A stretch of DNA of 19,004 bases from Azolla caroliniana (lineage: Eukaryota > Plantae > Polypodiophyta): positions 1 to 19,004 of the forward strand of contig JBHGNT010000619.1 in assembly GCA_043228905.1 (NCBI GenBank), given 5' to 3'. The translations under genes were made by a program, and so were the position numbers. The first letter of the stretch is position 1. Each line of letters starts with the position of its first letter. A model generated the notes under the pieces. That model did no database searches, was not told the DNA's origin, and was given only the letters and a program-made list of their open reading frames with translations. Positions 11,401 through 19,004 of the stretch are shown piece by piece.

Positions 11401-14400
11401 TTAATGCAAGATTATTAATGTAATGACTTGTTTCAGCGTTTCTGTTTGATAGTGAAAGCTATGCTTGTGTTCTAACGGCCAGTTTTACCTTCATGTTGAA
11501 TAAGCAAGCTTCAACCACAGAATTTGACAGACTGTTGATTCCCTGATTCTCGTAAAGTGAATATGATTCACACATAATGAACATTTCATTACATCAGGAC
11601 AATCAATTTAACTACTACTAGATTGCTTACACATCTCCCAGCTTGGCCCCCCACATTCTGTCTTCTAAATTCGAACTGCTCTTAGTATTGTGGACACATT
11701 TTTTCTTTTTCCCAAATTTCCTCTAGGAAAATAAAAAGTATATAATTAATTTGTTTTAGGCTTCAATAAGAAACAGTAGATGGAGAGAGAGCAATTTCTC
11801 GAGAATGAAATATTCTATTGTAATTCTCTATCTTAATGGAGAGAAAACAAAATTTTACAAAATCTACTTTGAAAAAAAATCACGAGAATTTGAATGATTT
11901 ACACATTACTGGGATATAGTTTGTCTCCTTCATTACCATCACAATTGCTTCTTGCAGGCCTCACAATCATTCTTACAACTTCTAGACAAATGGAATTATA
12001 CAATGACTCTACTAATATATCAAAATCTTTATAAAGTTGATTTATAATGTCTGAAAAGAATCTTTTCATTTACTATTATTTAATATTACTCTATCAAAAT
12101 CTCTGAACAATTCCACATGGAAGACCTTGAAATTTTCCTCATTATCAAACCTTACAGGTCGATAGAAATTCCATTTTCTTACCTGCTCAACGCCATTTTT
12201 ATCGCATATCAAAACTTGTCCATTATACATGCCCAAAGCTAATTTTTGTCCATCACCAGTCCATGAGAGTGATAACACCTGCTATCAAGAAGTTTCTTCT
12301 CTTTGTAACAATCACATTTTATAGGTGGAGTATTAGTAGTTTCAATGGACACGTATCGAATCCCACCTTTGACACAGTCTTGTGTTTTAAAACAGTCTTC
12401 TGCTCTGGAGACCAGATACCAAAATCACTGCATGTCCCACTTGCCAACTATGATTTTAGAGAAATTAGAAAAATGTGTGTAAATATGTGGTCCAGAATGT
12501 TTCCTCTATGCAATAAAACAAAAATTTAAGAACGTAAAATTAGAAATCTGGTTACCTGCTGAGTGACAGGATTATATGCAAGACACTGCACGCGATCATT
12601 GTGACTAAACTTCAGAATACCCTCTGCCTGGACAGAGACCATATTCAAACACTTACACAAGCAAGGAAACGGTAAGAAGAGAGCAAACGTATCTGTTAAG
12701 AAATGTAAGTGGTCAATATTCAAGGGGTTCTATCTATATAAGCAACCTATATGATCATGATTTGATGAAAATGAAAATCTCAAAGTAAAAATTACACTGA
12801 GTCATCCCCACATAAAATACGAGATCAATTTCAGAAGACTAGTCAGTCAAGTCACAAAAATATTTTCCAGAGATTATGAATAAACTATATTTCATTGGTA
12901 AGTATGTTATGAGTTATCTTCTGTAGGAATCATGAAATATGTAGGCACAGGATGTTAAGGCAGAATTGCAATGTGATGAGATTGAAGAATGACAGAAGTT
13001 TCATTCTATTACCTCCCCCTCTCCCCTTCCAAACGAAACAAAACTTGTATTTTTAACTAATAGAAGATGTATCTAACTCATAAAATATAATCCAGACGGA
13101 TTTTATATATATTTTATTACTTTATGGAATCTGCAAGAGACAAGAATATAGCCCCATCAATTACTTTAATGAACCCATTGCCTCCAGAGATACATATACA
13201 CCATTCAAGAAGAATAGAAATCTCAATCACTTCACATCAAACTTTGGAATACACCCAGAATATAATACAGACAGAGATAAACAAAGGTGCAGGGCATTAT
13301 TCGCAGATAGCTGAATTCATAGAGCGTCACATATTAAGATGAACACAAACCTTGTAATTCCATATAATGACAGTCTTGTCAGCTCCTCCTGAAGCAAATC
13401 GTTTTCCATCCCGTGAATAGGAAACACAGAGAACAATATCTTTATGTCCTGAGGAAATAGAGAAACAGAAATTAAATCCAATGAACTCTGATAATGAAAC
13501 ATTACAAGAGTTGGAAGATGCAGAACAGAAGCACTGGTTTTCCATCAAGTTCCCAGAAAATTTTACTTTGCAATTCCTCCATCATTTCTCATGTTGTGAA
13601 CCAGATTTTGCAAAATTTTAGATCTCTACAATAAAATCCTTTGTGCATTACAAAAGTGGGTAGCCATATTACTAGTACTCTAAAGTGTGCAACTGACCCT
13701 TAAGGGAGTGAAGAAGATCGCCTTCAATTGCATCATATACAAGCACACGGCAACCAACTGCTGCAACAAGTTGACTGCCATCTGATTCAAACAAACGTTG
13801 CTCACATCTCTAAACCACCAAAAGATTTAAAAGTACAAGATGTCTTTCTAAAACACAAAGCAACAGAACTTATATAGCGTGAATGAAGTGAAAAAGCATT
13901 ACATTAGAATGATAAAGCTTTACCTGGTCGAAATGCAATATCATTGCATGCACATTGTATTCCCTCGTGAGTATGCTGAAATAATTCCAAATAAAAGCTC
14001 TGAATGTTAAGTGCTTACCCAATGAGATTATCTGTTACCTTAGGCAATTTAACTGATTTAATTACATTTTTTTGGGTATGTTGTTCTAGAATATGAGACA
14101 ACATTTCAAGGTGTAATCTCTCATTCCATTCATAGCCCATTTCAGCCTTCTTAAAACACATTAATATATCCTTCTTTCTTTCATAAACCATTGTTGCATT
14201 TGAGCATACGACAATGAACATCTCCATGTTCTAGATATAATCCAGGGAGAGATGGGAGCAGCCCCTATAATCATCGAGTCATTATTCTGATCAGTGACCT
14301 GTATCCAACGACTTTGGGAGCTCCCTAAAGAAGGTACTCGAGTTGGCACTTATGTCATCGAAACAACTCACTGAACATAGAGAAGTTCACTGTTGGTATG

Positions 14401-17400
14401 CTAAAATGCAATTGTAGTTCGAGACATATGGCATAAGCTCAAATGCACTACCCCTTTTCCAATGTACCTTGGGTTTTCCCCATCTAAACATTACCAAAGT
14501 AGAAAAGAATAGAGTGATCCAAGCTGATATTATTAACTTGGAAAACAAGATAACATGGAACAGCCCCAAACTATTGCTTGGTAGGAAGATGGCCCATTAT
14601 AAGACACTTTTTACACACATCGGAGGATGGATTCATCATCAGGCTATTTTATATGGAGATACATTTATCTTATGTGTTGTGCAGTGTGATTTGCTGAAGT
14701 GAAATTCATCACATCAATTAGAGATTGCAGTAGGCAGATATGCACGAATATCTCTAGAATTTCCCAACTGTGTCATCAAGAAATGGAATCCGACGCTACT
14801 ATGTTTGCCACTGTAGTGATTTTTATGAAATGAGAGGGAGATACCATTGCCTCTTTAAGCAAGGATTTAGCCCACTACACAAGGTAATGGAATATGAGGA
14901 CTAATCGTGCTTGGGACTTTTCTTGCTAGAACTCAAGAGACACAGGGAAACATTAATAAAGCTCATCAACAAAGAACAATCACAACTTCTTTAGCCCCAT
15001 CACTCCTACTCATGCTACAAGTCAATCAAGGGCTACACAAATGGGCTCTTGACCAGGACATGATGAAGGGGTTATTATAGATCAGGCAATAGCAATTTGT
15101 CGTGCACGTAAGCCCCAACCCCATGCACCACAATCTCACCACCCTTGCCATTGAATGATAAAGGCCATTATCTCCCGCCTTCGCAAGTGCTTCCCTCACT
15201 TCGGAGACCTCTCCATTCTGGGTTGACCTATGCTAGAGATCTTCGAAGACAAAAATTACAATATATCTAACTGAGAATCTTACATGTGCCAATAACAAGA
15301 TTCTTTAGTTATTTACTTTTTTTACTAAGTAACATCTAGTTATTTTGATTTGTTGTTTCAAAGGCAATACAACACTTAAATGTAATCTCTTGTTTGGTCT
15401 TATAGGCCATTTTGGCTTCTTAAAAGACATTAACATATCTTTCTTTCTTAAAAATAGAAGTACTCATTTTACTAGGTAGACCCTATTCGATTTCATCGGC
15501 CATTCTCTGTTCAGACTCATGTAATCTCTCATTCAGTTGCATAAGCCATCTTTGCCTATTACAAGACATTAACATGTTTTTCTCACTTAAACATAGCACA
15601 TACTTTAAAGGTAGACTTTAAGTAGTTTGATGATTAGATTCTGGTATTTATTCTTAGATGAGTCATCATTCGGGTGTAATCTGCTGTTGAGTCTCAGAAG
15701 CAATTCTTTGTCTCAGGGTCTACATCTCAAGTTATATTTTACACTGCATCTCCCATATACCTTGAACCCATTCTCCTTATTTCATTGTACTTTGATAACA
15801 GCCTTGAGAAGCTATCTTATTTAGGTATACTTTAGTTTTCCCTTGTCTTCCCAAACAGTTTAGAAGATTCTCACGGACCTATAATGTTTGGTCACATAGG
15901 TCAGTTTGGCCTTTTGAGGATGTTAATATAAAATTTTGTTTTATTTTTGCCCTAAGCGTCAAGAAATTTTCTTGTCTTTCATCTTCTTCCCTTGAAAAGC
16001 AAGTAGAAGCTCATTCCAAACAATTACCAAGGTATACACTATACTCCCATTTAGCTTGTATCCATGGTCCTTATGTTATTGTACTTAAATAACAGCCTTG
16101 TTATACAGGGAAGCTACCTAATATAGATAGAATTTAAATTTTCCTTTATTTTCACCAGACATTCTGGAAATTTCACATGGCATAACTTTTATTCCATAGG
16201 TCACTTTGTCGTTTTGAAGATGTTACTATAACATTTCATTTCATTTCTGCCCACGATGTCAAGAAAACTTGTTGTCTTTCATCTTCTTCCCTTGAAGAAC
16301 AAGTAAAAGCTCACTCCAAATAGTGACCAAGGTATACGTTAAGGTTGTCGTCACAAATGATAACTAATGTGCATGTCATAAAATGAGAGTCATAAGTTGA
16401 CTTCACTCCCACACTCCGTGGGCACATTAGGAGATCCAAAAGCAATGATAGAGCATGATATCACGTCTTCCAGACGTGGGGTCATGCCCAATCCTAGTAG
16501 TGTCAGCATCAAATGACTAGAAGCTATCCCACACGTGACATAAAAAAAGATGATCGAGCCCAGAATGAATGTGATATTGTAACAGTATGTGAATGGCTGT
16601 GCTAATCAATCTGTTTATGCCGCACCACGGTAGGGCTCCCCCTTTTTTTGTACGAAATAATAACTTACTGTATTGACTCCCACTCCTGTAACCCCTATCC
16701 CGAGTATCACAAGTGGCATCATCCTCCAAAACATACAAACACTGAACATGGATCAAATATTGCATCAAAAACTTCTGGAAGCTGAGAATATGAGGAAACT
16801 CCCCTAGAATATCGTGAGTGCAAACCATCCAGCATGTTTAAGAAGAGTTAACTGAAACGCGGAATTGTCATGAAAGCCTTGAAGTATGTTATTGGCAATA
16901 GTAAAATAGCAGTCAAGGGGCTTGAAATTCCACTAATGTTTAGCAAAATATCTTAAGATATTTTCCAACTATGATATTCATATTCCAGATTAGGATCCGA
17001 CATTATGAGCTCCTGCAAGTGAAGCAAAGCATACCTAGCAAGGTGTATCACATATGTTGATCCTGACCTAGAGAAGCTCATAATGTTGAACATTTATACA
17101 TGGAACCTCATCTTTTCTAAGGTCATAATGTCGAGCACTGTACGGAAATTGGGATCTCTGCTACAGTCCAATATGTCTAAAACTTCTTGTGAATGTGTCT
17201 TTAAACATCTTGTACAATTTAATTGTTATATTGTTGTAGTTGTACTCCAAACTATATTAACCACCTCTGCCATATCATTTTAGCAATACCCAAATTTATT
17301 GTGAATTTGATTCTCAACCTCGTATATGATTAACCTTCGTATTGTGGTAATTAATACTTCAGCTATGTTAACCACCTCCACCATATCCTTCTTACCAACA

Positions 17401-17956
17401 CCAAAATGGAAAGAGGCAGAAATACATGCTTCTAATTTCGGGGCATACATGAAATTTTGTGTACTAACTTATACGCATTTCTTCATCAAAGATGCCAAAT
17501 TCACCAATAAGCTAGACTCTAAACCATGAATCCTTACTGAAGTCGAGGCGACAGGTTCATCAATTTCTACAGAGCTTGTGCATCATTTCGAGAAAGATAC
17601 GCTCAAATTCAAAATCAAATCCAATTTCAAACCCTCTCTCTCAGGTTTTTTTTCCGTACTTTGATTTCTTCCTGAAAGATTATACCTACACGTTAAACCA
17701 TGAATTTTTGTTGAACTGAAGGCAAGAAGGGCCAGTATCCTAGATCAATGTTACAGAGCTTATGCATCATTTTGTAGAATATATGCTCAAAATAAAAATC
17801 AAAACAAAAACCAAAGCTAAAATCCAATAGAAATTCAAAATTTTTAAATTTTCAAATTCCATTTCTCTCTCTATATAAATATATCTATCTATCTATCTCT
17901 CGGAGTTTTTGATTCATAATTACCCCGCGATCAGACCAAGCGAGAAGCGCCCTCAT
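477..17956 (-). CDS. IFT122: Intraflagellar transport protein 122 (IFT-A, WD40 repeats); 5' part only, 13 exons and 419 codons in window, continues past the left edge
   Basis: Thirteen exons join in phase with no stops: 17956-17924, 13975-13924, 13781-13698, 13448-13351, 12627-12556, 12447-12367, 12278-12183, 10401-10273, 10169-10080, 8363-8211, 7769-7686, 1441-1238, 557-477. The product [71 protein letters not shown] is colinear with the IFT122 N-terminus as I recall it (human [69 protein letters not shown]). Confidence 0.96.
1238..1441 (-). CDS. IFT122: IFT122 exon 12 ([32 protein letters not shown]...[13 protein letters not shown])
   Basis: Pyrimidine tract plus tttcag| acceptor and CAG|GTGAAC donor; 204 nt, open frame. 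Confidence 0.94.
1490..2445 (+). mobile_element. Decayed 5'-truncated non-LTR retrotransposon (ORF2 C-terminus plus part of the 3' UTR); CR1/L2/RTEX-like, clade uncertain
   Basis: Interrupted frame [15 protein letters not shown]...[18 protein letters not shown], the IETGR-CCHC C-terminal motif of LINE ORF2. Visibly homologous to 14480-15260. Boundaries approximate. Confidence 0.8.
3967..4137. mobile_element. Truncated copy of the same MITE family in inverted orientation
   Basis: Ends in AACCGTTGCCGATTCCTA. Its start, ttgagcttgggttgggatggctcaa, resembles the reverse complement of 4766-4790. The other TIR is missing. Confidence 0.62.
4653..4883. mobile_element. Non-autonomous TIR element (hAT-like MITE), 231 bp
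   Basis: Termini TAGGAATCGGCAATGG and CCGTTGCTGATTCCTA form a 16-bp inverted repeat with 2 mismatches. The interior is rich in AAACC/GGTTT and AACCG/CGGTT motifs. The 8-bp flanks (ttgtgtct, ccatgtct) match at only 5 of 8 positions, so the superfamily is tentative. Confidence 0.7.
5098..5105 (+). promoter_or_regulatory. Candidate TATA box of the RRA gene
   Basis: TATATAAA about 150 nt before the ATG, at the switch from AT-rich sequence to a GC-richer leader-like stretch. Confidence 0.5.
5189..5220. repeat. (GATC)6(GGTC)2 microsatellite in the probable RRA 5' leader
   Basis: Read directly from the sequence. Confidence 0.95.
5255..6981 (+). CDS. RRA: RRA-type (REDUCED RESIDUAL ARABINOSE) extensin beta-arabinosyltransferase, CAZy GT77, type II Golgi membrane protein; two exons (5255-5398, 5896-6981), 409 aa
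   Basis: Exon 1 (48 codons) encodes a basic N-terminal tail and one hydrophobic segment ([18 protein letters not shown]). The intron 5399-5895 is GT..AG, phase 0. Exon 2 encodes a coiled-coil stem and RRA motifs: [17 protein letters not shown], the DxD motif [50 protein letters not shown] and C-terminal FPDGSE*. The paralogue number cannot be assigned. Confidence 0.96.
5447..5474. repeat. (AC)14 microsatellite in the RRA intron
   Basis: Read directly from the sequence. Confidence 0.95.
6968..7052 (+). repeat. 18-bp unit repeated four times, arranged as a 40/41-bp duplication, spanning the RRA stop codon
   Basis: ATGRGTCAGAGTGAGATT units start at 6968, 6986, 7008 (one extra A) and 7027. Confidence 0.92.
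7110..7397 (+). mobile_element. Short 3'-end fragment of the same LINE family, just downstream of the RRA stop
   Basis: Colinear with 15155-15450 (gtgcttccc..gagacctctccatt..tagagatctt..caatatatct..tgtaatct..tgtttggtctta..cttaaaaga). Confidence 0.8.
7686..7769 (-). CDS. IFT122: IFT122 exon 11 ([28 protein letters not shown])
   Basis: tgacag| acceptor; 84 nt; matches [28 protein letters not shown]. The donor is inferred to be AAG|GCATGT (GC). Confidence 0.9.
8211..8363 (-). CDS. IFT122: IFT122 exon 10 ([11 protein letters not shown]...[21 protein letters not shown])
   Basis: tttcag| acceptor and AAG|GTATGA donor; 153 nt. Confidence 0.93.
9230..9990 (-). mobile_element. Decayed L1-clade LINE reverse transcriptase fragment; related sequence may extend to about 8450
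   Basis: Ordered, frameshifted RT motifs on the minus strand: [38 protein letters not shown] (consensus LDLEKAYD), VRQGCP at 9359-9342, then LFIIATH. Confidence 0.72.
10080..10169 (-). CDS. IFT122: IFT122 exon 9 ([30 protein letters not shown])
   Basis: tgacag| acceptor and CAG|GTAGAT donor; 90 nt. Confidence 0.93.
10273..10401 (-). CDS. IFT122: IFT122 exon 8 ([15 protein letters not shown]...[11 protein letters not shown])
   Basis: gagcag| acceptor and CAG|GTTTGC donor; 129 nt; KIER and SFYxLSGKQ motifs. Confidence 0.92.
12183..12278 (-). CDS. IFT122: IFT122 exon 7 ([32 protein letters not shown])
   Basis: tagcag| acceptor and CAG|GTAAGA donor; 96 nt. Confidence 0.94.
12367..12447 (-). 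CDS. IFT122: IFT122 exon 6 ([27 protein letters not shown])
   Basis: tcatag| acceptor and AAG|GTGGGA donor; 81 nt; SDFGxWSPEQK motif. Confidence 0.95.
12556..12627 (-). CDS. IFT122: IFT122 exon 5 ([24 protein letters not shown])
   Basis: gtccag| acceptor and CAG|GTAACC donor; 72 nt. Confidence 0.95.
13351..13448 (-). CDS. IFT122: IFT122 exon 4 ([33 protein letters not shown])
   Basis: Canonical WD40 repeat (GH...IW); cctcag| acceptor and AAG|GTTTGT donor; 98 nt. Confidence 0.95.
13698..13781 (-). CDS. IFT122: IFT122 exon 3 ([28 protein letters not shown])
   Basis: aatcag| acceptor and G|GTCAGT donor; 84 nt, phase 1 to 1. Confidence 0.93.
13924..13975 (-). CDS. IFT122: IFT122 exon 2 ([17 protein letters not shown])
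   Basis: ttcag| acceptor and G|GTAAAG donor; 52 nt, phase 0 to 1; NDIAFRP motif. Confidence 0.9.
14065..14182 (+). mobile_element. Very short 3'-end fragment of the same LINE family
   Basis: gagacaaca..tgtaatctc..catttcagcc.tcttaaaa..ttaatatatc followed by a TCTT tail; matches 7313-7390 and 15365-15448. Confidence 0.6.
14225..15450 (+). mobile_element. Second decayed copy of the same LINE family, including its 3' end
   Basis: Broken frames [22 protein letters not shown] and [27 protein letters not shown]. Shares aaggtaatggaata and tgcttggga..ttcttgctagaact with 1960-2010. Ends in a TCTT repeat tail near 15437-15448. Confidence 0.8.
15740..16337. repeat. Diverged tandem duplication, about 300 bp period
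   Basis: tgtctttcatcttcttcccttgaa occurs at 15973 and 16273; accaaggtatac and ataacagccttg are also present in both halves. Confidence 0.85.
17924..17956 (-). CDS. IFT122: IFT122 coding exon 1 ([11 protein letters not shown])
   Basis: ATG at 17956; donor GGG|GTAATT, phase 0; resembles the IFT122 start MRAVLTWRD. Confidence 0.88.
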
Positions 17957-18006
17957 GGAATTGTGGATAGTTAATTGGGCAGAAAGGAAGGATTTGAGAA
18001 ATCTGT

Positions 18007-18033
18007 GTAGTAGTAGTAGTAGTAGTAGTAGTA
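18007..18033. repeat. (GTA)9 microsatellite about 50 nt upstream of the IFT122 ATG, probably in the 5' UTR
   Basis: Read directly from the sequence. Confidence 0.95.
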
Positions 18034-18327
18034 GGAAAGATCTGTGGCAGGAGGGAGTCAGGTAAAACAAAAGGGAAGAGGAACGTAGAAGAAAGAAAGG
18101 TTTCTTGCAAGGTGGTCTCTCTCTCTCTCTCTTCATTGGCCAAATTTGGTCTTAGAAGACGTTAATGTTTCTTTCTTTCTCTCTCTCTTTACTAAATTTA
18201 ATGACTTTTTGTGGGCCTAAATAATGGCTTCTCACGGGCCAAATTTGGTCTAAATTTGGTCTTAGAACACATGAATATATCTTTCTTTCTCTCTCTCTCT
18301 CACTTTTTCAGTAAATAATGGCTTTCA

Positions 18328-18987
18328 TATAGAACCCTTTTAGGGAGCTAAATAGTGCTCTACTACGACTAGCAATCGGCAATGGTTTGGTTTGGTTTGA
18401 ACTGAACGGTTTGGTTTGGTTTCATTACTAAAGAAGAAAACACCACCATGGCGCGACTAACTTACAAGCTACTACAATGTAGAGAACCCTTTTAAGGAGC
18501 TAAATACTACTCCACGACGACTAACAATCGGCAACGGCTTGGTTTTGGTTTGAACTGAATGGTTTGGTTTGGTTTGGTTACTAAAGAAGAAAACACCACC
18601 ATGGCGCGACTAGCTTACAAGCTACTACAATGTATAGAACCCTTTTAGGGAGCTAAATACTACTCTACTACGACTAACAATCGGCAATGGTTTGGTTTGG
18701 GTTTGAACTGAACGGTTTGGTTTGGTTTCATTACTAAAGAAGAAAACACCACCATGGCGCGACTAACTTACAAGCTACTACAATGTAGAGAACCCTTTTA
18801 AGGAGCTAAATACTACTCCACGACGACTAACAATCGGCAACGGCTTGGTTTTGGTTTGAACTGAATGGTTTGGTTTGGTTTGGTTACTAAAGAAGAAAAC
18901 ACCACCATGGCGCGACTAGCTTACAAGCTACTACAATGTATAGAACCCTTTTAGGGAGCTAAATACTACTCTACTACGACTAACAAT
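18328..18987. repeat. Tandem repeat, 152-153 bp monomer, about 4.3 copies, alternating A/B monomers (305-306 bp dimer)
   Basis: agaaccc recurs at 18331, 18483, 18636, 18789 and 18942. Diagnostic variants alternate between monomers (tagggagc/taaggagc, ctactacgac/ccacgacgac, actaactt/actagctt). Confidence 0.95.
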
Positions 18988-19002
18988 AGTACTCTGCGTT
19001 GA
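18988..19002 (-). other. Residual SMART / PacBio ultra-low-input amplification adapter
   Basis: AGTACTCTGCGTTGA is the reverse complement of the 3' 15 nt of AAGCAGTGGTATCAACGCAGAGTACT. It sits at the sequence end and cuts the tandem repeat mid-monomer. Confidence 0.85.
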
Positions 19003-19004
19003 CT

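Noticed and set aside
11020-11420. Possible further L1 remnant in intron 7
   Set aside because: Only a vague resemblance; no ordered motifs could be read.
16340-17200. 103-aa ORF 16517-16828 and surrounding coding-like sequence
   Set aside because: No recognisable domain. There are faint hints of a decayed minus-strand LINE, too weak to call.
17957-18143. In-frame upstream ATG (18136) extending IFT122, and the overlapping 70-aa ORF
   Set aside because: The translations (poly-Leu, poly-Thr, RERER) come from microsatellites, and homology starts at the Met at 17956. Use as a uORF cannot be excluded without TSS data.
18328-18987. CRISPR-like array
   Set aside because: Whole monomers repeat with no unique spacers, no cas genes are present, and the context is eukaryotic.

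Overview
Eukaryotic plant genomic DNA, probably from a seed-free plant with flagellated sperm such as a fern (inference). The minus strand carries the first 13 coding exons (419 codons, spliced by hand) of IFT122, an intraflagellar transport complex A gene. It starts at ATG 17956 and runs off the left edge; the ORF track shows only fragments of it. Its largest visible intron (intron 11, 1442-7685, 6244 nt) appears to use a non-canonical GC-AG donor. That intron contains a complete two-exon gene on the opposite strand encoding a 409-aa RRA-type GT77 extensin arabinosyltransferase (5255-6981). The introns also hold decayed non-LTR retrotransposons and an inverted pair of hAT-like MITE copies. 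Upstream of IFT122 is a 152-153 bp tandem repeat with alternating A/B monomers, each containing the terminus of that same MITE family. The last bases match a SMART/PacBio amplification adapter. No prokaryotic features, CRISPR arrays, rRNA or tRNA genes were seen. All homology calls come from remembered family motifs, not from database searches.
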